IMG/VR virus record: IMGVR_UViG_3300031576_001299
Location: 1 to 37,218 of that record
Origin: a virus
Taxonomy: Duplodnaviria > Caudoviricetes
Length of the DNA stretch: 37,218 bases
Reading direction: 5' to 3' (one strand)
Shown: positions 1 to 8,817 of the stretch, piece by piece
Layout of the letters: every line of letters starts with the position of its first letter
How positions within the stretch are numbered: position 1 is the first letter of the stretch
Made by a program: the position numbers and the translations under genes
The notes under the pieces: model-generated
What the model was told of the DNA's origin: nothing
What the model saw: only the letters and a program-made list of their open reading frames with translations
Database searches by the model: none

Positions 1-936
1 GTGCGGGGCGGGAGCTTGGCTGGCGCGGCGGTTGCTGCGGTGCTGCTCGCCGGGTGCGTGATCGTGCCAGTGGTGCCGTTCTCGCACTCGCAGTTCGAGG
101 GCTTCGAGGTGATCTCCTACGTTCCCGAGAACCCGGTCGGGATCGTCTACGTCTTCCACGGCAGCTACGGCAGCGCCGACTTCGCCGAGAAGGTCGAGAC
201 CGTCGACGTGCTCAACGCGCTGATCGGTCGCGGCTACGGGTTCGTGGCCACCGAGAGCACGCTGCGCACCGGCAACAAGCGCTGGAACGTCGCGAACCCC
301 TCGCTCACGACCAACCCCGACCTCGCGAGGCTCACCCGGCTGCACCAGCAACTGATCGATACCACCGGCGTCACGGCGGCGACGCCAATCCTCGGCGTCG
401 GCATGTCGAACGGCGCCCGCTTCGTCAGTCTCTTCGGCCAGACCTGGTCCGACGCCGGCTATCCGGTCGCGTCCATCGCGATGTACATGGGCCGGATCGC
501 GGGTCCCGTCGAGTCGGCAGGCGGGCTCACGGTCCCCACGTTCTTCGTGACGGCCGAGAACGATTTCACCTCGCCGCCCGGGCCGATCATCGTCGACTAC
601 AACGACACGGTGGTCGCGGGCACGCCCGCGGAGCTCCACGTCGCACAGGAGCGCGACCTGACGGTCGGCCGCTTCCTGCGTATTCCGGGCATCAGCAACA
701 GCGAGGCCGACGCCGTGTTCGACGCGCTGGTCGACGGCGGCATCTGGAACCAGGCCGGCGAGCGGATCGTCACGATCGAGGAGGCCGTCGCGCTCGCCGG
801 CACGATCGCCCTGCCCGCATCCGTCGCCCCGCAGCGCAACGAGATCACCAACCAGTGTGCGCTCGTGCTCGCCGTCCACCAGATGCGCGCCGACTTCAAG
901 ACGCCGATGGCCGACTTCTTCGATCTGCACCTCTGA
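1..936 (+). CDS. Host alpha/beta-hydrolase-fold lipoprotein (start at window edge)
   Basis: Lipobox-like LLAGC, VFHGS and GMSNG (G-x-S-x-G) motifs. Confidence 0.65.
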   Translation: MRGGSLAGAAVAAVLLAGCVIVPVVPFSHSQFEGFEVISYVPENPVGIVYVFHGSYGSADFAEKVETVDVLNALIGRGYGFVATESTLRTGNKRWNVANPSLTTNPDLARLTRLHQQLIDTTGVTAATPILGVGMSNGARFVSLFGQTWSDAGYPVASIAMYMGRIAGPVESAGGLTVPTFFVTAENDFTSPPGPIIVDYNDTVVAGTPAELHVAQERDLTVGRFLRIPGISNSEADAVFDALVDGGIWNQAGERIVTIEEAVALAGTIALPASVAPQRNEITNQCALVLAVHQMRADFKTPMADFFDLHL

Positions 937-1086
937 TCGCCGCAGCGATTGGACCGTTTCCCCTGCGGGCCGACGGAAACCGTCCATTCGGTGCGCCTGC
1001 CGGGGGCGATCGCGCGCTGAGCGGGTCGGCTTGCATCCGGGGCGCCGCGCGGGGGACGGTGTGCAGGTCAGCCCGAGGAGGCCACC

Positions 1087-2205
1087 ATGCGCACCCCACT
1101 CTGCGACGAGCTCGGCATCGAGTTCCCGATCTTCGCCTTCACGCACTGCCGCGACGTCGTCGCCGCGGTGAGCAAGGCGGGCGGCTTCGGGGTGCTCGGC
1201 GTCGTCGGGATGACACCGGAGCGGATGAAGATCGAGTGCGAGTGGATCGACGAGCACGTTGGCGACAAGCCCTACGGCGTCGACGTCGTCATCCCCGGCA
1301 AGTACGAGGGGATGGGGGAGAGCGATCCCGACCAGCTTGCCGACCAGCTACGTGCCATGGTGCCCCAGGAGCACCTCGCGTTCGCTGGCAAGGTGCTCGC
1401 CGACCACGGCGTTCCGGAGCTGCCCGCCGACGAGGGCAACAGCATGCGTCTCCTCGGCTGGACCGAGGCGACCGCGACGCCCCAAGTGCTCGAAGCGCTC
1501 CGCCACGACAAGGTGCGGTTGATCGCGAACGCGCTCGGCACGCCACCCGTGGAGATCACCCGCGAGATTCAAGTCAGTGGACGCAAGGTCGCCGCGCTGT
1601 GCGGCTCGCCAGAGCAGGCCTGCCGCCACGTGGAGGGCGGGGTCGACATCGTCATCGCGCAGGGTGGCGAGGGCGGGGGCCACACCGGCGAGGTCGGCTC
1701 GATCGTGTTGTGGCCGCAGGTGATCGCGGCGATCGGCGACACGCCGATGCTCGCCGCGGGTGGCATCGGCTCGGGCGGCCAGATCGCCGCAGCGCTCGCG
1801 ATGGGCGCGCAGGGGGTGTGGGCGGGTTCGCTCTGGCTCACGACCGAGGAGGCGGACCTGCCTCCCGCGCAGAAGCAGCAGCTCCTCGACAAGGGTTCGC
1901 GCGACACGGTCCGGTCGCGCTCGTTCACGGGCAAGCCGTGCCGGATGATCCGCAACGACTGGACCGACGCCTGGGACCGGCCCGACTCGCCCGATCCGCT
2001 CCCGATGCCGCTGCAATACATGGTGTCGGGCGATTGCGTCGCGCGTTCGAGCCGCTACTCCGACAAGGCCGGCGCGGTGATGTTCAACCCCGTCGGGCAG
2101 GTCGTCGGGCAGATGAACCGGGTGCGCCGCGCCGCCGACGTCGTGCGCGAGCTCGTCGAGGAGTACATCGACGCCGTCGACCGTCTCAACCGTTACGGCG
2201 CCTGA
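1087..2205 (+). CDS. Nitronate monooxygenase family flavoprotein
   Basis: MRTPLCDELGIEFPIF start, AQGGEGGGHTG and LAAGGIGSG motifs; GAGGAGG RBS upstream. Confidence 0.9.
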   Translation: MRTPLCDELGIEFPIFAFTHCRDVVAAVSKAGGFGVLGVVGMTPERMKIECEWIDEHVGDKPYGVDVVIPGKYEGMGESDPDQLADQLRAMVPQEHLAFAGKVLADHGVPELPADEGNSMRLLGWTEATATPQVLEALRHDKVRLIANALGTPPVEITREIQVSGRKVAALCGSPEQACRHVEGGVDIVIAQGGEGGGHTGEVGSIVLWPQVIAAIGDTPMLAAGGIGSGGQIAAALAMGAQGVWAGSLWLTTEEADLPPAQKQQLLDKGSRDTVRSRSFTGKPCRMIRNDWTDAWDRPDSPDPLPMPLQYMVSGDCVARSSRYSDKAGAVMFNPVGQVVGQMNRVRRAADVVRELVEEYIDAVDRLNRYGA

Positions 2206-2208
2206 AAC

Positions 2209-3165
2209 TCACGCCAGGCATTCGGCGAGGAACGACCCCAACGCTGGCGTGAGGATTGTGTCGTCGTCGCTCCCGATCGCGCTGTTCACGTCTGCGTGGC
2301 TGTAGGACGGCGTCTCGACGACGGTGACGGGAACGTCGACGGCGCGGAGCGCGTCCGCGAACTCCTCGACGGTCGCCTGGCGCGATGGCGTGCCGCGCGA
2401 CACGAGCAGCATCGGCGCGATGCCTCTGTCCGCTTCGAGATGCTCGATCGGTGAGGCCTCCTGCCAGGTCGACGGATCGTCGCCGAACGTTGCGAGGTAG
2501 ACGCCGTTCAGTTCCTCGCTGTCGCCGGTGATCGCCGCCGCGACGTCGAAGCCTTCGGTGTCGAGCGGTGCCGCGCACGACAGCGTCGCGAGCCCAAGGT
2601 CGTGCGCACCGAGGTAGCGCTCGTCGGCCGCGACCGCGGCCACGATCCCGGCTCCTGCGGAATGGCCCATGATCGCGATGCGGTCGGCGTCGACGCCGTA
2701 GTCGTCCGCGTGCTCGACAACGAACGCGACCGCGGCCGCGACGTCCTCGTTGTGGGCGGGATAGCGGATCGTCTCGGGATCGCTCGGATCGGTGAGCCGG
2801 TAGTTGACGCTCACGAGCACGTATCCGAGGTCGGCGGTCCACGCGCGCTTGTCCTTCATCCCGTTGCTCTTGTCGCCGCGCTGCCAGCCACCACCGTGCA
2901 CCCAGAGCATGCCCGGCGCGGAGCAGTCGGTGTTCGAAGGTGGGGGGTAGACGTCGAGTCGCTGGAGTGGCTCGGTGCCGTACGCCACGTCGCGGACGAT
3001 GCCGGTGTCGCAATCGGCGGCGGGAGCGGTGCCGCTCGTGGTCGCCGACGCCGCGGTCGTCGTCGAGGTGTCGTCGGGCTCCGAACCACACGCGCTCGCC
3101 AACGCAAGCGCGAGTGCAATCGACACGGTGCGCGGCCTCATGCGGCCACTCTTCGCGAAGAACAT
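2209..3165 (-). CDS. Alpha/beta hydrolase (carboxylesterase-like) lipoprotein
   Basis: Lipobox-like LASACG, HGGGW oxyanion motif, GHSAG nucleophile elbow. Confidence 0.85.
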   Translation of the reverse strand: MFFAKSGRMRPRTVSIALALALASACGSEPDDTSTTTAASATTSGTAPAADCDTGIVRDVAYGTEPLQRLDVYPPPSNTDCSAPGMLWVHGGGWQRGDKSNGMKDKRAWTADLGYVLVSVNYRLTDPSDPETIRYPAHNEDVAAAVAFVVEHADDYGVDADRIAIMGHSAGAGIVAAVAADERYLGAHDLGLATLSCAAPLDTEGFDVAAAITGDSEELNGVYLATFGDDPSTWQEASPIEHLEADRGIAPMLLVSRGTPSRQATVEEFADALRAVDVPVTVVETPSYSHADVNSAIGSDDDTILTPALGSFLAECLA

Positions 3166-3245
3166 GAGGAACGTGTGAGCACGACGTGAGGGTCAGAGCT
3201 TGCCGCCGGCCTTGAACCATGCGGTCATGACGGCCTCGCACTCCT

Positions 3246-3584
3246 TCATGTTGAGTCTTGCATCGCAAGGCCACGTCGGTTCTTGACGCGGTCGAGCTTC
3301 ATTCCTAGGACCCGGTTGGCGAGGTCTCGTACCTGCTCGCACGTGTGGACGATGTCGTCGCCCAGCTCCTCTATCGGCAGCGAGTAGAGCTCGCAAAGAG
3401 CCATCAGCAAGACCGGGTTTAGCCGGTTCGGGTCGCTCCGCTCATGCTCCGAACGCACGATCGACGACCTGGAAACCCAGAGCGATCGGGGGAGGTGTGC
3501 CCGGACGCCATAGGTCGCTTCCTCGAGGCTGATCCCTGCGGCATGGCGGGTGCTCTTGAGCGTGAGGTGCAGTGGTCTTTCCAC
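3246..3584 (-). CDS. XRE-family HTH regulator, candidate immunity repressor
   Basis: LKSTRHAAGISLEEA...VSRSSIVRSE...LMALCELYSLPIEEL fits the XRE pattern; only leftward phage gene, divergent from the early operon. Confidence 0.65.
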   Translation of the reverse strand: MERPLHLTLKSTRHAAGISLEEATYGVRAHLPRSLWVSRSSIVRSEHERSDPNRLNPVLLMALCELYSLPIEELGDDIVHTCEQVRDLANRVLGMKLDRVKNRRGLAMQDST

Positions 3585-3634
3585 GGGGCGGCTCCGATGT
3601 GCGTTCTACGAAAATGTGACGCGTTCCGGCTCGC

Positions 3635-3663
3635 ATTCTGCCACTCTTCGTGACCTGTCGCAA
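3635..3663 (-). promoter_or_regulatory. Leftward sigma70-type promoter for the repressor
   Basis: Minus strand TTGCGA-N17-CAGAAT with extended TG. Confidence 0.55.
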
Positions 3664-3693
3664 GTGCCACACAGTTGGTCGGTCTGTCGTCCG

Positions 3694-3722
3694 TTGCATC
3701 GCTCGAATCGATGTGGCACTAT
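3694..3722 (+). promoter_or_regulatory. Rightward sigma70-type early promoter
   Basis: TTGCAT-N17-CACTAT with extended TG; inverted pair AGTGCCACA (3663-3671) / TGTGGCACT (3712-3720). Confidence 0.55.
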
Positions 3723-3803
3723 GAGACGCCCCGAGACCAAGGTGGCCCCGGCGGTGTTCGTGACACCCCGGGGCCTGGCCAGAACCCCACAGGAGGTCCT
3801 GAC

Positions 3804-4055
3804 ATGAACCATTCTGCCATCCGCTTGAGCACTCGACCCCTGGACGTCCTCCCCGAGAGTTACACGAGCGCCGTCCTCGCCGGCGGCGCCCGCGCCCGGG
3901 AGGCACAGCGGGCGGTCGAGGCGTACCGGCTGCGCGATCACGGTCGGGAGCGCTGGTCCTACGCGCGGATCGGGGCGCTGCTCGGATGCTCCCGCCACCA
4001 GGCCCGCAAGCTTGTCGGCCGCGGCCGGTTCCTGGCCCGCTCCCCCCGCTCGTAG
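3804..4055 (+). CDS. Small HTH DNA-binding protein (cro position)
   Basis: AGGAGG RBS at 3791; WSYARIGALLGCSRHQARKLV. Confidence 0.65.
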   Translation: MNHSAIRLSTRPLDVLPESYTSAVLAGGARAREAQRAVEAYRLRDHGRERWSYARIGALLGCSRHQARKLVGRGRFLARSPRS

Positions 4056-4131
4056 CGTCACCTGCCCCTCCGGCTTCCAGCCGCCCAGCCCGACCTTGGC
4101 CCTGCCGGCCTGGGTCAGATTGAGACAGCCA

Positions 4132-4386
4132 ATGACACCCCAGCGTTCGACGATGTTCGAGCTCGCAGACCGGATCATGGGCGGCACGCTGGCCGAGATA
4201 GTCGCCGGCTGGCGGGCCGAGGGCCTCGGCACCCGCCAGATCGCCGAACGGCTCAAGACCGAGTTCGACGTCGACGTCGCCCACTCGACGGTCGCCCGTT
4301 GGATCAAAGCGGGGCATCTCTCCGTGTCGCGCGAGCCCGCTGACGGGCTCGACGAGTCGGCGGATGGTGAGGCGCTGAGCGCGTGA
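4132..4386 (+). CDS. Small HTH DNA-binding protein
   Basis: GLGTRQIAERLKTEFDVDVAHSTVARWI. Confidence 0.65.
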   Translation: MTPQRSTMFELADRIMGGTLAEIVAGWRAEGLGTRQIAERLKTEFDVDVAHSTVARWIKAGHLSVSREPADGLDESADGEALSA

Positions 4387-4835
4387 GCGTCTTGTCTGTC
4401 GACCTGGAGCACGAGCTGGCCGTGGCGGCTGCCATCGAACACGAGCGACGCGCGTGGACGGACGTCAACGATCTCATCGACGCCACACTCGATCGTGCGG
4501 CCGAAGCCCGTCTCGAGCGGATCGGCGACGGGTGCGGCGGCGGGCTCATCGAGGCGTTCACCGAGGCGGTCGCCGCGCGTTTCGGCACAGCGCCCGAGCC
4601 TGTTCATGCCCCGGAGCTGGATATTCGGCGAGATAGTCGTCGAACGCGACGCAAGGGTCTCCCGCCGTTGGTCACGGCCCGGGTGTTCGCCCGCGACGGC
4701 CTGGCGTGTGTGTTCTGCGGCGCAGAGCGCGAGCTGACGGTCGATCATCGGATCGCCATCGTGAACGGCGGCGACGCGCTGGAGAACCTGCAGACGCTCT
4801 GCCGGCCATGCAATTCGGCGAAGGGTGCGCGGTGA
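4383..4835 (+). CDS. HNH endonuclease
   Basis: RDGLACVFCG...TVDHRI...NLQTLCRPCNSAKG. Confidence 0.85.
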   Translation: MSVLSVDLEHELAVAAAIEHERRAWTDVNDLIDATLDRAAEARLERIGDGCGGGLIEAFTEAVAARFGTAPEPVHAPELDIRRDSRRTRRKGLPPLVTARVFARDGLACVFCGAERELTVDHRIAIVNGGDALENLQTLCRPCNSAKGAR

Positions 4836-5680
4836 CGATCCACCGCGACGAGGTCGCCGAGATGACGTCGGGCCGGCTCGTCACACACCGGGCGAGCAAC
4901 TACACGTCGGTGGCGAACGAGGCTCTGCGCGACAAGCGGCTCTCGTTCCGGGCCCGCGGCCTGCTCGTGTGGATGCTCTCCCACGCCGACGGCTATCGGA
5001 TCTCGGCCGCCCGCATCGCCGCCGAGGGGAAGGAGGGCCGCGACGCGATCCGCACCGCGATGGACGAGCTCGAGGCCGGCGGCTACCTCAAGCGCCGCCG
5101 GGTGCAGAGCTCGGGCGGCCGGTGGTCTCACGAGATCCACGTCTACGAGCGAGCCTCGGCACCGACGACGGATTCCCAGGCGTCGGAAAACCAGGCGTCG
5201 GAAAACCAGGCGTCGGTAAACCAGGCGTCGGTTTTCCAGGCATCGGTTTCCCAGGCGTCAGAAGAAGTACCAAGAAGCACTACCAAGAAGAATCAACAAG
5301 AAGAACCACCAACAGAGACCAGCGCCTCGACGAGCTCGGCGCCCGAGACCATCAGCGGCGAGCCTGTCACAGCCGTCGGTGTAGCGATCGCCAGGGCCTA
5401 CGTCGATCACGTCCGCGAGACAACCGGCCACTCCCCGCCCGAGAACTTCCATGCGATCCGGGGCGTCGTCACCGCCGCGCTTGAGGACCGGTTCGAACCC
5501 ACCGCGGTGAAGCGCGCGCTTGTGGCCGTCGACACAGCACGGCGCCCACTCACGAAACAGACCCTGTGGGAGGCGATGCTCGGCGCGAACGCGCATCCCG
5601 CCGCCAATAGCTCCGACGCGCTCGCCACGCTGGCGCGCTGGTGCGAACGCAACGGTGTCACGATGGCCGCCGCATCATGA
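4832..5680 (+). CDS. Phage replication initiator (N-terminal HTH)
   Basis: NYTSVANEALRDKRLSFRARGLL...EGRDAIRTAMDELEAGGYL; internal iteron array. Confidence 0.75.
   Translation: MTIHRDEVAEMTSGRLVTHRASNYTSVANEALRDKRLSFRARGLLVWMLSHADGYRISAARIAAEGKEGRDAIRTAMDELEAGGYLKRRRVQSSGGRWSHEIHVYERASAPTTDSQASENQASENQASVNQASVFQASVSQASEEVPRSTTKKNQQEEPPTETSASTSSAPETISGEPVTAVGVAIARAYVDHVRETTGHSPPENFHAIRGVVTAALEDRFEPTAVKRALVAVDTARRPLTKQTLWEAMLGANAHPAANSSDALATLARWCERNGVTMAAAS
5176..5265 (+). repeat. Six 15-bp iterons (CCAGGCGTCGGwwww) followed by an A-rich tract; putative replication origin
   Basis: Tandem units at 5176, 5191, 5206, 5221, 5236 and 5251; A-rich ~5261-5320. Confidence 0.8.
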
Positions 5681-5847
5681 CCGTGAGCGCTGCCGAGCTG
5701 GCGGAGAGCGTGAGCCGCCACCAGGTCTCGACCGTGATCGTCACGATCGCTGGCCGGCACTCGGTCGCCTGCTATCCGACGAGCCAGACGTGGCTCGGCG
5801 CCGCGATGGTCCGCACCGTGATGGAGCTGCATCGTGCTCGACGCTGA
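5677..5847 (+). CDS. Hypothetical protein
   Basis: ATGA overlap with the replication gene stop. Confidence 0.5.
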   Translation: MTVSAAELAESVSRHQVSTVIVTIAGRHSVACYPTSQTWLGAAMVRTVMELHRARR

Positions 5848-6379
5848 GATGGCCCAGACGATCGCGTTTGTGATCGGCCACTGGCCGGCCTGGCGCCCGA
5901 ACGACGCGACGATCGACGCGACGCGCCGGCTCCTCGTCGACCTGCCCTACAACCAGGTGTGCGCGGCGGTCGATCAGATCGCGGTCGAAGGCGCCGAGTT
6001 CGCGCCGACCGGCGGGATGATCCGGGCGAAGGTCGTCGAGCTGTTCGACCCCGACCTGCCGCCATGCGCAGGTGAGGCATGGGCGGACGTGCTCTACGCG
6101 ATCCGCACGTTCGGCCGGAACCGCCGGCCGTCGTTCACGCACTCGATCGTGGGCGCGGCGGTCGACGCGCTCGGCGGCTGGGCGATGTTGTGCGCGTCGG
6201 ACAATCCCGTCGCGGACCGGGCGCATTTCCTGCGGATCTACGAGCCGCTCGCGGACCGGTACCGCAAGCGCGCGCTCTACCCGCCGTCGGTACGTGAGGC
6301 GCTCGCCGAAGCTGCGCTCGCCGACGCGCGCTCCCTCACCGACCTTCTTGCCCTCACGCCCGGAGAGCCCGGCACATGA
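5834..6379 (+). CDS. Replicative helicase loader/inhibitor-like protein
   Basis: Position after the rep gene; LLVDLPYNQVCAAVD...FAPTGGMIR...GEAWADV...DRAHFLRIYE pattern. Confidence 0.5.
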   Translation: MLDAEMAQTIAFVIGHWPAWRPNDATIDATRRLLVDLPYNQVCAAVDQIAVEGAEFAPTGGMIRAKVVELFDPDLPPCAGEAWADVLYAIRTFGRNRRPSFTHSIVGAAVDALGGWAMLCASDNPVADRAHFLRIYEPLADRYRKRALYPPSVREALAEAALADARSLTDLLALTPGEPGT

Positions 6380-6456
6380 TCATCCGACTCATCACGGCCC
6401 TGTTCGTCGTCGGTCCGTTGCTGATCGCCGCGGTGATCGGCCGAGGCACCCGATGA
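6376..6456 (+). CDS. 26-aa membrane peptide
   Basis: MIIRLITALFVVGPLLIAAVIGRGTR; ATGA overlaps at both ends. Confidence 0.5.
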   Translation: MIIRLITALFVVGPLLIAAVIGRGTR

Positions 6457-6887
6457 GCGCGAACCCGTTCGAACTACCGCTCGGCCGCAACATCCCCTGG
6501 GAGCCGGCGGCCGGACCCATCCGCCAGGTCGACGCGCAGATGGTCCCCGCCGACAACGTCACGATCGCCGCGGCCGCGACGCAGACGCCGCTCGGGATCA
6601 TGCCGGTGATCGTGTTCCAGTTCGCGAACAGCTCCGGCCAGGCGCCGCCGTTCCCGCCGATCGCGATGATCGCCCGCGGGCGCGAGAACCTCGACCAGCT
6701 GCTCGAGCTGTTGCACGCGGCGTGTGACGGCGCGATGGGTTTTGTCGCCGACGCCGGCGTGTTGGAGGAGACGGCGGAGGTGCTCGACGAAGCCGTCGTG
6801 CTCTGCGGCGATTGCGGCCGGCAGCTCCACGGCGGACTCGCACTGCGCGGCTGGTGCCTCACCTGCAAGAAGGACGCCGCGCCATGA
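6453..6887 (+). CDS. Hypothetical protein with C-terminal zinc ribbon
   Basis: CGDC...CLTC; coupled start and stop. Confidence 0.6.
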   Translation: MSANPFELPLGRNIPWEPAAGPIRQVDAQMVPADNVTIAAAATQTPLGIMPVIVFQFANSSGQAPPFPPIAMIARGRENLDQLLELLHAACDGAMGFVADAGVLEETAEVLDEAVVLCGDCGRQLHGGLALRGWCLTCKKDAAP

Positions 6888-7117
6888 GCTTCGCGTATCG
6901 GTGCGAAGTCTGTGACGCGGAGCCGGTCTGGCGGCTTACGCGCATCGGCGACGTTGTCCTCTCGTGGGCATGTTCGAACCATCTCTCGGAGGTTGCCGAA
7001 CGGCTCCAACGCGATCATGAGGTCACTCGACTTGAGGTTGTGCTGTACGCCAAGAGCATCGAGTGGGCCGAGATGAGCCGCGCGCTGGATCGAATCGCAG
7101 AGGGACGCGCGCCATGA
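6884..7117 (+). CDS. Hypothetical Cys/His protein
   Basis: CEVC...CSNH; ATGA coupling. Confidence 0.6.
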   Translation: MSFAYRCEVCDAEPVWRLTRIGDVVLSWACSNHLSEVAERLQRDHEVTRLEVVLYAKSIEWAEMSRALDRIAEGRAP

Positions 7118-7404
7118 GTGCCGTCGACGGGTACCTCGCCGAGCTCAAGGCCGAATGCGAACGCGAAGCCGCGATCCGCGGCGTGCCCGTCGCGCTGGTC
7201 GTCGACGAGCTGCTCGCCCGGCTGCGGGATGACACGCCGACCGCCAGCTTCGGGGTCTCGGTCCCCAAGCGCGAGGTCGATCGGTTCTTCGCCCGCCATG
7301 CCCGCCGTGAATTCGCGCCGTGGTGGGAGCGGCGATGGTTCCGAGTGCTCGCGGTCAGTGTCGGTGCCGCGATCGGCACGGTGATCGCCCGGTTCATCTT
7401 CTGA
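7114..7404 (+). CDS. Hypothetical protein with C-terminal TM helix
   Basis: ATGA coupling; hydrophobic C-terminus. Confidence 0.6.
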   Translation: MSAVDGYLAELKAECEREAAIRGVPVALVVDELLARLRDDTPTASFGVSVPKREVDRFFARHARREFAPWWERRWFRVLAVSVGAAIGTVIARFIF

Positions 7405-7472
7405 TTCGACGCCGAGCGCGTCCGGCGACCCGCGACGCGCAAGCCCCATTTCCGAACAGGAGTAGCGATGTT

Positions 7473-8045
7473 GTGGGATTTCTACGCAAGGCGGCCATCG
7501 CGGCCGCGTTCATCTGCACCGCGTGCGGAGCACCCGCCGAGATCAGCACCACCACGCGACCCGTAGACGTTGCAACGCGCGCAACGTTCGAGGTCGACGG
7601 CACGACAGCCGACAATCCGTTCGGTTCGGCACGGGAGCGTCGTGACGCGGAGCTGTTCTCCCGGTGGGTGACCGCGGTGTGGGAGAACCATCTGTTCCAT
7701 CTGTGGGTGACCTGGCAGTGGGAGCACCGCGCGTTGCCGCATCCGTGTCGCGACGACGTCGAACGCCCGTTGCGTGATGCGTTCGATCGTTGGGGCGACG
7801 GGGACTGGGCCACCGAGACGGCCTGGCGCGAGAGCATGTGTACGCCGTGGGCGCGCAACCCGAACGGTGTCGACTCGGGCCTGTTCCAGTTGTCGCTCCC
7901 CTTGCATGATGACCAGTTCGAGGCGGTCGGCTGTGACCCGTCGCAGTGGGACGAGATCGGTTGTGGTGTCGCGGCGGCCGCGAATCTCTACGCAGGTTGC
8001 GGCCGCGGGCCGTGGACGCCGCCGTACTGGTGCCGTCGGCCCTGA
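7473..8045 (+). CDS. Lytic transglycosylase (SLT-like) lipoprotein
   Basis: Signal peptide ending TACG; AWRES (catalytic Glu) and DSGLFQ motifs; start uncertain. Confidence 0.7.
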   Translation: MGFLRKAAIAAAFICTACGAPAEISTTTRPVDVATRATFEVDGTTADNPFGSARERRDAELFSRWVTAVWENHLFHLWVTWQWEHRALPHPCRDDVERPLRDAFDRWGDGDWATETAWRESMCTPWARNPNGVDSGLFQLSLPLHDDQFEAVGCDPSQWDEIGCGVAAAANLYAGCGRGPWTPPYWCRRP

Positions 8046-8315
8046 GAGGTAACGGGCACATGAGGGGGGCCTTCGCCGCCTCTGGTTCGCGAGGGCGTGC
8101 CTGTCCCCGACGTCGCGTGGCCACCTTCGCGACGTCGGGGCCACACCCCTGTGACATCGCAACGAAAACTCTTCGCCCTCTCGTCACATCCCGAGCCTGG
8201 GCGTCCTCGGCGGCTGACCTGTTCCAGGGTGGAACGCGTGGTGCGTCACGCCTGGCGGCCAGTACAGCGTCGGTGTCAACCTCGTCTTGCCCTGGCCTCC
8301 GTATGTGCCGCCGGT

Positions 8316-8336
8316 GGGTATAGTGACGCTGTACCC
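8316..8336 (+). promoter_or_regulatory. GTA-N11-TAC element containing a TATAGT -10
   Basis: GGGTATAGTGACGCTGTACCC; degenerate copy at 8261-8278. Confidence 0.6.
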
Positions 8337-8367
8337 GTCCTGACGGTGGAGGTTCTGAGGCTGTTGT

Positions 8368-8817
8368 GTGTCAGTGACCACACCGGAGGTCGAGGTGGCC
8401 CGCACGATCGAACAGCGCGCACGCCACGCTGGCCAGATCGGCGACGCGCACGCCCGCATGAAGATCTTGCACGACCTCGTCCCCCAGATCGATGAGATCC
8501 GCGCCGACATCATTCGCGGCCGGGCCCTCGCCGCGTACGAAGCGAACCAAGCCGGCGTGAGCTACAACCAGCTCGCCGCCGCGCTCGGCGGCTCCAAGAG
8601 CCTCGTGCAGAAGCTCGTTGCCGACGGCGCACGGATCGCAGCCGGCGCCGACCCGATCCGCACCCCGTACAAGGCGTCCGACACTGCCCGTGCGCTCGAG
8701 GCGCTCGCCCTCTACGAGGACGAGGACTGGTCCTACTCGCGGATCGCGACGCTCCTCGGCGTCTCTCGCACCCGGGCGAAGGATCTCGTCGCCCAGGGCC
8801 GCGACCTCGCCAACTAG
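8368..8817 (+). CDS. Tandem-HTH DNA-binding protein
   Basis: VSYNQLAAALGGSKSLVQKLV and WSYSRIATLLGVSRTRAKDLV. Confidence 0.7.
   Translation: MSVTTPEVEVARTIEQRARHAGQIGDAHARMKILHDLVPQIDEIRADIIRGRALAAYEANQAGVSYNQLAAALGGSKSLVQKLVADGARIAAGADPIRTPYKASDTARALEALALYEDEDWSYSRIATLLGVSRTRAKDLVAQGRDLAN

Noticed and set aside
54-2252. 732-aa ORF and the many other long Arg/Pro/Ala-rich alternative-frame or antisense ORFs (e.g. 32323-35085, 25734-27467, 12070-13689)
   Set aside because: Shadow ORFs expected in high-GC DNA; they overlap genes with clear motifs and show none themselves.
3166-3300. tRNA or a defined att core at the left junction
   Set aside because: No cloverleaf or T-loop is seen, and an att core cannot be identified without the other prophage end.
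5176-5265. Tandem repeat as a CRISPR array
   Set aside because: The 15-bp units have no spacers and lie in frame within a replication gene; no cas genes.
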